Below are positions 26,414 through 39,222 of a stretch of DNA of 64,000 nucleotides, one piece after another. This stretch comes from Octopus bimaculoides (taxonomy: Eukaryota): contig NC_068982.1 in the NCBI RefSeq assembly GCF_001194135.2, positions 99,783,269 to 99,847,268 of the forward strand, written 5' to 3'. Both the position numbers and the translations under genes were made by a program. The notes under the pieces are model-generated. The model was not told the DNA's origin. It did no database searches and was given only the letters and a program-made list of their open reading frames with translations. The number at the start of each line of letters is the position of its first letter. Within the stretch, counting starts at the first letter, position 1.

Positions 26414-26814
26414 CTAAAAACAAAAGCAGTAAAAGAATAAGATATTGAAAAATTGACATAATTTTCAAATCGTTTTAAAATATATAACTTCAGTTTATTG
26501 TTATTATATAGAAAAGCACAGGAAATAGTTTTATTTCATATAATCTTTCAATATTTCTCTCTCTCTTTCTCTCTGAAAGTTAGTATCAATGAATTATATT
26601 TCAATATTATTGAACATCACTGAAGTTAACTTTGCTTTACCTTTCTCCACAGCTAATAAAATAAGTCAAGCACTGACATTGTTTAAATCAACAATAATCC
26701 TCATTACAATTTTGTGGCTCTGTGCCAAAAAGTCTTTACTGCTTTATCTTTTGAATGTTCGGCAAAGATTCACACACCAACACACTGCAAACTTTAGCTC
26801 ACAGCCATGATGCT

Positions 26815-26861
<47 letters not shown>

Positions 26862-29492
26862 CTACTGCTGCTACAGTGATCTTTGCTCCTCTGAGCTACA
26901 TAACTGCATGTCTCTTACAATTGGGCCTATCTGACACACTTGTCTCTCTTCTTTCACTCTGATTGCATCTTATCACCCAGATCCCACATAATCACACTTT
27001 CTTCCTGGAATGCAGCTCTTTGGAACTTCCTCTCTGCTTATTTTCCCTTCCAAACTGAATATGAACCACATACAACCTGTAAAGATTATGGGCACCATCT
27101 CTTCCCTCTTCACTAACTTATAAATACATTTTTTTTTTTAAATGTAACCATTAAGCCAGTGGGATGAAAGGTAAAGTCAACACAGACTGGAACTTGAAAT
27201 TGAGAAAAAGAAACCAAATATAGTAAAGTCTTTCACTTGATGTACTAAAGAATTGCCTTCACATCAGAATAAATAAATATATTTCTTTGTACATATTCAC
27301 TGCCTTTGGGTCTGTAGTTTGATAGTTTAATTATTCAGCTATTGCATTTCTTACATATGAAAACAGAGATGAGAGTGGTGGGGGAGAAAGAAAATATACA
27401 GTTTTAACAAGAAAATTAACCCCCCTACATTTTGTAGTCTGGCCTAAGGGAGGTAGATACATGAGAGGGACAATGAGTGAGGAGACAGAAGAGAGAGAGA
27501 GATAGAATATAAAAGAGGCATAGTCAGAAGTTTGGGCTAGAAATGGAGAAAAAAAAGGGGAGTAAGTGGTAGGGATGAGAAAGGGAAAGAGAACAAAAAA
27601 GAAGAAATGTGAAGGATACAGAAAGCATAGTGAACACTACAATGAAGAAAAGAGGGTACAAGTCCCACAAGGTTCCCACACTTTCTGAACAGCAACCTCA
27701 CCACCTTGAAAGAACTAAAAAAAAGGACACGGCTGCTGACCTTCCTTTTATGACTAATTAATTAAAAACCAAAATGCACGTGTGAATAAATGGCTACATA
27801 GACCTGGATTTAAAGGTGCAGGTGTATACAAATAAAAGATATCTATCGATGTCAGCCCATGTTAACAGTAAAGACCAAGCGTGCAACCTCATCAACTTCA
27901 AATAAAGGAAAATAGTATAATTTACAGTCTGCATATGTGTGAGAGTGGTTGTAAGTGATCCAATTTCATGGAAACACGTATGTACGTACATACACCTATA
28001 CGTATGTATGTATAACAGTTAAACACTTCTCAGAATAGGTGGGTGGGTGGTTCGAAAAATTCAATGTGGTGCAGTGCAGGTAGTATATCGAGTAGCTTTT
28101 TATAATGTCACTGCAGTCAAACTGACAAAACAAAACTAAAAACACTACCACCACCACCACCACTACAATTACAGATCCTAACACAATGTTACTATTATAG
28201 TTGTTGCAATTACAGCAGCCACCATTATTTTAACAACCTCTTTATCATAACACCAAAGGAGTCTCTATGCAGTCAGTTGACCAGCTAGAGGTAGCAGTTG
28301 AATTTCCTCCGACGACACTCTACTATCTTAAAATAGTAAGAACACATTGGCCACGAAGTCTCTTAAGTACAAGAAAGAAAAAAAGGACTATCAAAGTTAA
28401 CATGTTTCTGACCTAGATTATTACTATCAGGGAAGTTTTGACTGTTTCCATGTCCATAATACCATCACTATCACTGGTAAAATGTTACTAACACAAAGTC
28501 ATGGTAGAGATGTCACCATCTCCACCATGACTCTAGCTAAAGCCATCACTTCTACCACCACCATCATTTGCATCAACAAAATGAGTCCCACCTGAGAACT
28601 ATATAACCTGTACTGATGTCAATAGGTGAAACTAGTCAAGTAAACATCCTAAGGGAGAGGGTAAGGAGGATGGGACTGGATGGCTGGTTAATAACCAGTA
28701 TTTATGTCATGGTTCTGTAATTTGGTGACTTCCATTCTTTTTTCTAGAGAAGTCAATAAAATAAGGACCTATAGCTACCACTTGTCAGGTCATATGAATA
28801 TTTTATCCACTCTCTTCTCAAAAACAGAAGAATATGTATAAACACATACACATGCACAGTATTCAAAAAGTGAGTTTTTACATGGATATTCATCCAGCCA
28901 CAAAAATAGAAGCCAAATTCCTCTCAAATTATACTCAATCATCCTAAAAGAAAGAAAGATACATTAAACAATGTAATCCTAAATAAGCATTATCTGAAAA
29001 AAAGATAAGATAGTTACCCTAGGTTTGCTTAATCAGGGATGATTTTGTGACTAAATAGCCAAAACAATATACAAACCCATCAGAATTTATACAGCTTACA
29101 TGTAATATTATTTTGAAGTTATTGCACACTCGAGAGAAATCGATGATTATGATTTTGTTTCAGTTGGATCTTATTCAGTCAGAACCATTTATGCTAACTC
29201 ATTACTTTAATTTGTTCTAATAGACACCAACAGAATAAGGGTTTAGTTCCAAGAAAACTGAGTGTATGTGTGACCTAGTATCATTTCAAATCTTGGAGAC
29301 ATTTCACTTTTCTTATATGGTGGAATAAAGAACATTCTCCAAATTGTCTTATTTGACAATTCTTATTCTTACACTGATAGTTCTTATTTGGAGTTACTAC
29401 CTTCCTAAATGGGGAATCTACAGTCTGCCTTCTCATACACTTCACATACATATATGCATACATACATACAAACAGACAGACAGATACATATA

Positions 29493-30330
29493 CAGGGTGC
29501 GATGGGTAAGTTGTTGCCATTTTATATTTTTTATTTTGTGCATGCACATTGTTTTTGATTTTGTCAACTACACAGTATAGTAGGGTCAGTTGGGCACCGT
29601 CTGTGAGAAAAACAGCACCATGATGCAATTCACTCTGCCAGAAATTTGGAAATGACATGCTGTACTGCTCCAATGCAAACAGATGATGAACACACAAAGC
29701 AACTGTTGGCTTGCCATGTCCCTAAAACGTGTACCAAGAGTGATAAAAATCAAATATCCAGTCATCATGATGTTTGGAGTAATCACTAATGATGGCGATT
29801 TTATGCCTCCATTCATCTTCTCACATAGCCTCATACTCAACATGGAGGCCTACATCAAGTGCCTGGAGGAGGTAGTGGCTGGAAAATCCTTTTTCTGGCA
29901 ACAGGACTCTGCACCATGCCATAGAAGCAAGAGAAGCCAGTCATGGCTGTCAGACAATTTTTGCTACAACATCACCCCTAACATCTGGCCACCTAATTCT
30001 CCAGACTGCAACCTCCTTGATTATTATGTGTGAGGCACAGTTGAGCAAGAGACCAACAAAACTCCTTGTAACACCAAAGATGGACTGAAGGCAAAGATTA
30101 TGGCAGCATTAACCAACTTAAACTAGGAGACTGTCCAGAAGAGCTGCAGGAGATTCCAAAGTCGTCTAGAGGCCATGGTTGAAGCCAAGGGCGATTTTAC
30201 TGAATAAATTTACTCTTTAGTATTTCAAGATATTTTTATGTAATTTAGGTAAATATATCTGTTAAAATGAGATATCAGTGTTATTTTTATTTTTGCATAA
30301 TTTAGACAACAATATATTCACCACTCCCTG
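29493..30330 (+). mobile_element. Internally deleted, inactivated Tc1/mariner-superfamily transposon, maT (DD37D) type
   Basis: Transposase C-terminus ...PVIMMFGVIT...WQQDSAPCH...WPPNSPDCNLLDYYV*GTVE...CRRFQSRLEAMVEAKGDFTE* (to 30207). There are 37 residues between the second and third catalytic Asp and two in-frame stops. Imperfect TIRs (CAGGG...TTGTTG) with TA at the left end. Confidence 0.9.
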
Positions 30331-30878
30331 CATATGTAGTAATAATAATAATAAACCACGGGTAGAATTAATCAATATTTTTATGCATTGCTACATGCAT
30401 TTCTATCCATGGATTATTATTATTGAATGAGAGATCAGTGAATGCCATCAAAGTGACACTGGGGTAAAATATATGAAATCCAGTATACACATCATGACTA
30501 CCCATTTGATAAGGATACACCAGACACATGCATCACAACCATATGTGTGTGACATGGCGATCTCATATCAAGATAAACAGCACCTGACCTTGCAGGTGGG
30601 GCCCGGCTAGAATTTTCTTCAGGTCGAGTAACCCATCCTACTCAAAAGGTCCCTGAAAAAGGGTTTTTAAGAATGTTGAACAAAACACTCATGTTTCCAA
30701 AGGTGAATTATCCAAACCCCAACACATGGCTATGATGCCCCCCCCCCCCACTACTTCTGCTCGTTATCAGAAATGCACATATCGTCAGCCACTAAGAAAC
30801 ATGCTCAACTGGTTAAGGTCAAGCAACTGACAAACGAATCTGTGGTATTGAGCAGAATCTTTGCTGTATATATTATTA

Positions 30879-31080
30879 AGGTGGCAAGCTGGCAGAATCA
30901 TTAGCACGCTGGGCAAAATGCTTAGCAGTATCTCATCTGTCTTTACATTCTGAGTTCAAATTCCGCCAAGCTCGACTTTACCTTCAATCACTCTCAGTAC
31001 CAGTCGAGCACTGGGGTCAACATAATTGACTTAGCCCTTCTCCAAAATTACTGGCCTTGTGCCAAAAATTCGAAATCATT
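30879..31080 (+). mobile_element. Family A SINE, followed by an (ATT)/(ACT)n tail to ~31152
   Basis: Same head and core as 35740-35958. Confidence 0.85.
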
Positions 31081-31097
31081 ATTATTATTATTGTTGT

Positions 31098-31153
<56 letters not shown>

Positions 31154-31727
31154 TATTTATCTCATTGGCACAGCTTGGTACAACACCCAAAACTTCTATT
31201 GCCAGTTGGTATCATGAGGCTGTAGTTAGCATAATAAAATAGGTGCTTTTATATGCATATTTAAAAATGTTTCCCTTAAACGAACTTNNNNNNNNNNNNN
31301 NNNNNNNNNNNNNNNNNNNNNNNNNNNNNNNNNNNNNNNNNNNNNNNNNNNNNNNNNNNNNNNNNNNNNNNNNNNNNNNNNNNNNNNNNNNNNNNNNNNN
31401 NNNNNNNNNNNNNNNNNNNNNNNNNNNNNNNNNNNNNNNNNNNNNNNNNNNNNNNNNNNNNNNNNNNNNNNNNNNNNNNNNNNNNNNNNNNNNNNNNNNN
31501 NNNNNNNNNNNNNNNNNNNNNNNNNNNNNNNNNNNNNNNNNNNNNNNNNNNNNNNNNNNNNNNNNNNNNNNATATATATATATATATATATATAATACAA
31601 ATGATATATGAGCATATGCATGTATACATACATATATGTACATACCTACATCTACATGTATATATAGATGCATATCCAGGTACAGGACGTCAAAAAAGGA
31701 ACGGGAACATAAATAAAGCACAAAAAA

Positions 31728-31912
31728 CAGGCAAAATGCTTGGCAGCATTTCGTCCAACTTTACATTCTGAGTTCAAAATCTGCCAAGGTTGACTTTGCC
31801 TTTCATCCTTTCAGAGATCAATAAAATAAGTACTGGTCAAGCACTTATGTTAATCTAATTGACTTACCCCTTGCTCAAACTTACTGGCCTTGTGCCAAAA
31901 TTTGAAATCAAT
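31728..31912 (+). mobile_element. Family A SINE, 5'-truncated
   Basis: GGCAAAATGCTTGGCAGCATTTC...TGGCCTTGTGCCAAAATTTGAAATCAAT. Confidence 0.8.
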
Positions 31913-31980
31913 ATTATTATTACAACTACTACATATGTATAAGGACACAAACACACAGAGAGCAATATTAAAGAATACCT

Positions 31981-32198
31981 AAGGCAGTGAGCAGGCAGAA
32001 TTGTTAGCATACCAGGCAAAATGCTTTGCAGCATTTCAACCATTTTTATTTTATTAGTTCAAATTCCGCCGAGGTAAAATGTGCCTGTCATCTTTTCAGG
32101 ATTGATAAAATAAGTACCAGTTGAGCAATGGGGTCGATGTAATCAACTTACTCCCTACCCCAAAAGTGCTGGCCTTGTGTCAAAATTTGAAACCAATA
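31981..32198 (+). mobile_element. Family A SINE
   Basis: AAGGCAGTGAGCAGGCAGAATTGTTAGC...TGGCCTTGTGTCAAAATTTGAAACCAAT. Confidence 0.85.
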
Positions 32199-33208
32199 TC
32201 AAAAGAATATTAGTAATGTTATAAGCTAAACAAACCAATGTAGAATGTGTAATATTTTTTTTATATTGATAGTAGTATCTTTATAGAAATAATGCTTTCA
32301 CAAAGATACAACTTCATAAAAATGAACAAGTCAGAATTTAAATTCAGAAATGTGAATTATCAAGTTGGATATTGTTAAACAAGAGTTTTCAACTAGGTTT
32401 CCATTAGAGCCAAAAGCAAAATAAAGCATTTCTATTGATAAAATATCAGCTAGTCTGAATGAATTTATTACTATCTAGTTTTTAACTGATTTATGGGATT
32501 TTTTTAGATATATTATAAATTTATCCTTTCTGAAAATTTTTCTTCAGAAATATGATAAATATAGCATATGATCTTTGCTCCAGGGAATGTCAATTGCCTC
32601 AAATAAAACTGAGCTTTTCATCCAATGAAAAGTGGATTGTATCCAAGTCACTGAACATTTATTTTTCTAGTTAAAATATTATCATCCTTCTAAGTAATTA
32701 TAGAGCTGTTCAATAGTAAAAACAGAAAATTGAATTACATTTTTTTCCTCCAATACATTTATAATCTGAGAAAACACTTCTGTGGAATTTAAATAATTTT
32801 AGAACATAAGCATGATAGTACATAAAAAAAATATATTACGAAGAGCATACATTTTAATTAATGCCACCTATCTCTTTTGCTTCACTCATTAATCTCAGTT
32901 CTAGAAAATGTTCCTTGAATGTTGCATATATGTATGCAATGAGTGCACTAATGAAATTAAACTGTGCCAAGGAAGGAAAACTCTACATGGACATACAACC
33001 TGCTAGAAATAGTAGTCAAATCGCTTCTCATATCCAACTGTTTTAAATATGAAAAGTATACACTGGATAATGTAGTCTTAGATACACTGTCCCAGAAAAA
33101 AATATCATGGAAGGAGTGCCTTTTAATGTAGAGGTGCTCATTCAGAGGACTCAGGCAAAACAGTAACATCGACATTTATGCAGAAAGTTGTTGGTTTATT
33201 TGAAACAG

Positions 33209-33316
<108 letters not shown>

Positions 33317-34030
33317 CTTTTGTAGTATTAAGACATATATTAAATTAACCTAACATTTTCAGGTTTACTTTCACTATTAATCCATCCAAACAATCTTTTG
33401 CTCATGGGCAAATTTGAGTAACATGTAATTTTTGCATTTATATAAATCAGTAAATTTTCTTCTTTCCCTTCAAGCTTAAATGATTTTTAAAGTATATATT
33501 CCAGTCCTCTACTTTCTGCATCAAATTATTTTAAGATGAGATGTAGTAATTGTAGATAAGTACTGAGGAAGTCTGACACCAATAAGAAATTTCAGAAGTA
33601 ACTTCCTCAGTACATAATAATAGATATAGTGTAAAATATGATATAGTACAGTATAGCAACTCAAAATATGAATATAGGTTACCATTAAAAGATAGCAGAA
33701 AGTAAAATGAATGGAGACAGACGAAAAATGTGAATTTGAAAAACAAATTTGAGGTGAACAGTAGAAGGGAAAAATGTTGTTTGTAGAAAAGACAAAAAGA
33801 AATATAACAGAAAATAAGAAATAAAATAAGTGTTGGATTTGACTGAGTTGCCCATGTTCAGTCCTCTGCAGGACAAAGGCCTCAGCATGTCTTTTCTACT
33901 GATGTAAAGGCTGTGAATTTGAGCTTGAGATCATACTGGTTTGAAGAGCCTACTCTGCCACACTGGCTTGACATAGCTTGGCAGGATGATGAAGTTTTTT
34001 TCTTTTTTTTCTTTTTTTAAACTCATACTC

Positions 34031-34206
34031 AAGGGTAATTAAGTTGATTATATTGACCCCAGTGCTCACCAGGTACTTATTTTATTGAGCCTGAAAGGAT
34101 GAAAGGCAAAGTCGACCTTGATGGAATCCGAACTCAGAATTGTAAAGATGGACAAAATACTGCTAAGCATTTCACCTGGCATGCTAATGATTCTACCAGC
34201 TTGCCT
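34031..34206 (-). mobile_element. Family A SINE; further degenerate copies at ~16685-16840, 24250-24400, 41685-41808, 42060-42180, 46670-46760, 48090-48235 and 60200-60420
   Basis: Shared motifs TGACCCCAGTGCTCA..GGTACTTATTTTAT and GAACTCAGAA. Confidence 0.75.
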
Positions 34207-35282
34207 AAATATTAAGAAATGCAAAAGAAACATGTTAAAGTGAAGGTTAAAATATCCCAGTTACAGTTGTGTTTATGGTATAAACAAGACCCAAACTGGA
34301 CAAGTTGGAGCAAAACTTTTACAAACCTTTCAATAGGCAAACATATACATGAGTTTGTTTCCTACTCCATGGCTTATAGTGACAACTGATGATCTGGAAC
34401 TGTGAGGTTTTGGAGCTGACACTTTTAATGTACATGTATGTTTGCCTATTGAAAGGTTTGTGAAATCTGTAGACATACAAATTAGAACAATTTCCTCTAA
34501 CCATGTTATGTTGTCTTCACTCACAAAACAGATCGAGAAAATTTTTCAACTAAACCTCAGGAAATTAATTTTAAAACATACAAAACCTTACTATTTGCTA
34601 TAATTTAAGTAAATAAAAAAAAAAATCGTAGAAGCTAGTTAATTTGGCTTCGTTGCAAATAAACACCTTGTTTACTAGTAGCTGATTACTTATTATTTGA
34701 CAAAGAATGTTAACTAGAGTTGTGATTACATGTTTAGCAGAAAGACAAAACAAAAAGAAACATCATCCACATAGAGAAGTTGGTCACACACAGTTATCTA
34801 CATTTTACATTCCAAAACAAAATAAAATGAAAGGAAAACAATCATTAATTACCCGTGTGTGTGGTCCAACTAGAAGTTTCACAAGCATGATGTGTGTATA
34901 TATCAATTGCTGTCTGTCAATAATCAATGATGGCTGCCCATGTTGTAAAGTCACAACTCTCCTCTACTGGATGTTTGTCTAGAGCTACAGGTATCAATGT
35001 TCAATTTCCTCATATTACATCTAACCACATCTTTGTATCTCAGTCACTGGTTCAGATAAAGGACCACTTTATTGCACTGTAGTGAATTTTTCACAAGGAG
35101 ATAGCGAGTATAATCTTTGATAACTTGGATAGCAATCAATCCAGTATACTTTTGAGTTATTAACATTACTACATTATACTGCTTCCTAAAGATTTACGTG
35201 TTACTGGCTTTTATACAAGTAGCAAGCAATCTCTGAATGAGCAGTAGAATACACAAACAGGCAAGAATAGGCGAGGACATAC

Positions 35283-35444
35283 TGTTTCTATAACGACTGT
35301 AGTGGCTGGACAGTTTGACACATATCTGCTCATTTGAGGTGTTGTCATGGAGTACACGTTTGGTACTGGTTGACTGTTAGCTCTCTTCAGTTTAACCACC
35401 ATCTTGACATGTTCTTTTTGTTCTATAGGATATCCAATAATCAT
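35283..35444 (-). CDS. Candidate alternative first coding exon (54 codons, MIIGYPIEQKEHVKMVVKLKRANSQP...VVIET, ends phase 0)
   Basis: ATG at 35444 shortly after an in-frame stop, donor ACA|gtatgt at 35283, no good upstream acceptor. Lies in a repeat-poor, moderately GC-rich block. Confidence 0.3.
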
Positions 35445-35739
35445 CCTCCTCACCAAACAAGCTCAGTACGGTTGCTGATTCAGTTGTCAACAGCCTGACT
35501 ATATTCAGGTTGTATTGGCTTACACATTTATTTGGAGTAGTTCTCTGGTTATCAGATCTTTAGCTTGACTCTATCAATCTATCTATCTATACAGACAGAC
35601 AGTCAGACAGACAGACAGACGTAGATACATGTCTGTGTGTGTTGCTGAAGTAGGTTCCTGTCCCACAGACAGTTTTGGGCTTTTTCTATCTAATGGGTTT
35701 TAACTCAATATTTACATGCTATTATTTTTAGCTTTATGA

Positions 35740-35958
35740 AGGCAATGAGCTGGCAGAATCGTTAGCATGCTGGGCAAAATGCTTAGCAGCATTTCTTACA
35801 GCTTTGCATTCTGAGTTCAAAGTCTGCTAAGGTTGACTATGCCTTTCCTCCTTTTGGGGTTAATAAAATAAACACCAGTTGAACACTGGGGTCAATGTAA
35901 CCAACTAGCCCCCTCCCCCAAAATCTCAGGCCTTGAGCATATAGTAGAAAAGATTATT
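35740..35958 (+). mobile_element. tRNA-derived SINE (family A)
   Basis: GGCAATGAGCTGGCAGAATCGTTAGC...TTCTGAGTTCAAA (B-box-like)...AATAAAATAA..CCAGTTGA.CACTGGGGTCAATGTAA; many copies in the window. Confidence 0.85.
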
Positions 35959-36028
35959 TATAGCTTTGTCTGCTTAGAGTTTCACTGTTCCAGAAAAGAA
36001 TTGTGTGTGCGCGCATGCATGCGCATGT

Positions 36029-36062
<34 letters not shown>

Positions 36063-36729
36063 CAATGCAGTCACAGGCACACAATGTTTAAATAAAAGAT
36101 GAGACATACATACAATTTGGTGTAGAAACTAAATGAATGAAAATAGAACTGAATATATGTTGTGGGCGTTAAAAGTATTAATAGGATAATTCAGCCTTGC
36201 ATTACTCAGTTTCAGAGATGCAGATAAATGTCTAGTTCATCAGATATACAAAACCTGAGTGAGAAGAAATAAAAATGACTTCTGAATTCAAGTCACATGA
36301 AGAAGGTGGTGGATTAGCAAATGCAGATAATTCTATTTCTTTTATATATGGTATAGGAAACAGTCCAGCTGGTCTACAGTTTGTAGTATTTAACAATACA
36401 GCAACATCAGACTGGAACAGTAAGGAATATGTCTGCTGTTTCACATGACAAGGTTAGGAGTCTGATGGTGTCAGGTAACATTTGAATATGCTAGCGACAC
36501 CACATGGAAACTGGGTAGTGTGTTGTGTACAGCTGTTCTGTATGATGTATACTTAGCTGAGTATTAGCATTGATAGGTAACTCTGGTAGTGTATGGAAGG
36601 GTAATAATCTTATTATGAACAAGCAGGGGTTGTTTACCCTGCAGTTGTGAAAGGGCCAGCAAGAATTAAGGTAGTTTTCCCAGAATATCATTAGTGAAAG
36701 TGTTGAAGTTCATTATTAGGGCATGTCAT

Positions 36730-36872
36730 GGATAACAACTTTACAATAGATCAGTTTTCCCATTGGCAAATATTACAGGCTGTTGCAGAATATGGAGTTT
36801 CTCATAGAGGCAGAGTTGACAATTATGAGCTTCAGGTGAGCAGAGAGAAGCCCTCTCAAGAATGTCTCACAA
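36730..36872 (-). pseudogene. Decayed Penelope-like element fragment (C-terminal GIY-YIG endonuclease region)
   Basis: Minus frame reads *DILERASLCSPEAHNCQLCLYEKLHILQQPVIFANGKTDLL*SC, resembling the W-IL-RA...C-LCL-EK-I...N-R-E---CRH motif typical of Penelope-type ORF ends. Confidence 0.6.
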
Positions 36873-37058
36873 GCTGTTGGAGTCTGTGACTCTGAAATCT
36901 CCAAATGAAGTATGACAGAGTGGTAGAGTAATGAAGTATGCTTTACAAACATGTGGTTCTGGGTCCCATCCGAAAATGCAGTACCATAGGTAAGTCACTT
37001 CATTCATAACCTCAGTTTGACCAATACTTTGAGAGTGGAATATTGTAGATGGAAACAA

Positions 37059-37173
<115 letters not shown>

Positions 37174-38914
37174 GAATGAATGCTACTAGCAACATATAAT
37201 TCAGTACAACCAGGGTAACATGTTTGGGTCATTAGTATTACAAGGTCAGAACGTTGGTATACACGGTTGGGTCATCTGCTAGAAATTGTAAGGATAATAG
37301 CAAAACCTGTAAAAGGATAGACAAACTCAGCATAAGGTCAACAGCTATCTAATAATAGTGCATAGTGATACAGAAATACTTATGATGGTGAGACTTACTA
37401 CAAGTGATGAGCAGACTTTATGCTCTTTAGCTATGATGAAGACAGTTTGTCTAAAAGAGACCCACTCCAAAGAAAAACCTGACAAGTCAAGCTAAAATAA
37501 CCTTTCATCTGCAACCATTTGTAATATCCAATAATCTTAGTGGTTGCTTTAGTTTTTTGGTGATTTTGCATTTGACCAAGAAAGCTATGTGGTGCTGTAA
37601 ATGCCACATGTTCCTCTATAGATATTTTAGATTTTATTCATGCACAGATGCTGCTTGACAAAATAGTTGGTTCTCTTGCGTTTAACCATATTAAAATTAT
37701 GTGACACCTGTTGAATAGTATATTCAGCTGGGCTAAAAAGTCATCTTAACTTTGCAGATCATTAATCAGCAATAGTCATATGCCTCATGGGCAAAACAGC
37801 AATAAGTAAGCTCAAGGTGTTCCCAGGAACTCTGAGAAAAGATATCTCTTCTTCATAGGACAACCACGTCAGTGGAAGCAACCCAACCAGAGATATGGAT
37901 GGGAAGGCCAAATGTTTGTAGAGCACTGCATCTTGAGCAGTTTTCAGGGCAATCTTGATGACCTGGGTCTCTTTGAGTTAACTTCTACTGTATATATGTA
38001 CAAAACACCTCTTAGCTTTTGTTAAAGCATGTTTCTAGGCAAAGACACTACTGTGACCAAAGCTACACCAGAGATATAACTGGGCAGGAAGTCTGGGGTT
38101 TAGCAATCTTGAAAGGCAGCAGCACTAGGAAATGGACAAGTATAAACTCTTACTAACTGAGTACTTTCAAAGAGGTAAAGGCAAAAGGAATCAACTCCAA
38201 CAGTAAATTGGGTCAGAAGAGAACTCTAACCCCGCTGATTCCAAAGAGATAATGGAAACACAATGAAAAGGCTACATCTGGAATCCCTCAATCTTCAGAC
38301 ATGCAGATGGGAATATTCACTCATTCATTCATGTATATGCATATGTTTCAGCAACTTATATCAGTGATGGGTGTAAACATCAGTAAGAAAAACAAATATC
38401 TGGAGCTTTTAAATAAAAATATCCTGAGCAGTATTTGTTCTCACCAAGTTGCCTTTACATTGTGCCAACATAAATGGAGCAAACTGGTGACTGACTTATT
38501 GGAAGCCTAGAACCAAAAACATTATTGTTCATCAATTACAATATAAATTAATAAAAATAAATAGTAACAGTGGTAGTGATTACAATGATAAAAGAACTTA
38601 GTTAAGACACAACAGCATAGATCTGGCAATGTTTCTATTCAAACACAAAGCTAGACGGAAGGGCATGACTCCTATAAGAGGATCAGTTAAAACAGTTCTT
38701 TTGGAACTGTTTGGAATATCAGAATAATTTGTATCATGATAACTTGAAGTATGAAAACATTGGAATGATTTCAGCATGCTACCTCACATTAAAATGCATT
38801 ACACATACATGCACACAAGCTACAGTATCTCAAGGCTGACACACTTCAACATTTAATATATCTACATACAAAAACTGTTTACAAAAACAGTAAAGTGTAG
38901 TTTACACTTCGTTA

Positions 38915-38945
<31 letters not shown>

Positions 38946-39087
38946 CTATATATATGTAATGCTTCAGACAATAACAGTTAGGTCCACAACCTATGGGCAA
39001 TTTCCCAGAGCAGAAAGATTAGGAATGAGAGTGGAATTGGTGCAATTAATGTTTCCTTTCTAAACTTTGAAGATTACTAAACATGTG

Positions 39088-39222
39088 CATCATCATCATC
39101 ATCGTTTAACGTCCGCTTTCCATGCTAGCATGGGTTGGACGATTTGACTGAGGACTGGTGAAACCGGATGGCAACACCAGGCTCCAGTCTGATTTGGCAG
39201 AGTTTCTACAGCTGGATGCCCT
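39088..39222 (-). mobile_element. Family B SINE copy, 5'-truncated
   Basis: Reverse complement matches 23497-23630 with about 5 mismatches. Confidence 0.85.

Noticed and set aside
32999-33040. 38-nt exon-like segment with AG and GT boundaries
   Set aside because: It is a copy of the family E repeat core.
34385-34420. TGATGA...CTGA resembling C/D snoRNA boxes, or a third hammerhead core
   Set aside because: The boxes are too close together, they are antisense to the host gene, and there is no GAAA or stem partner.
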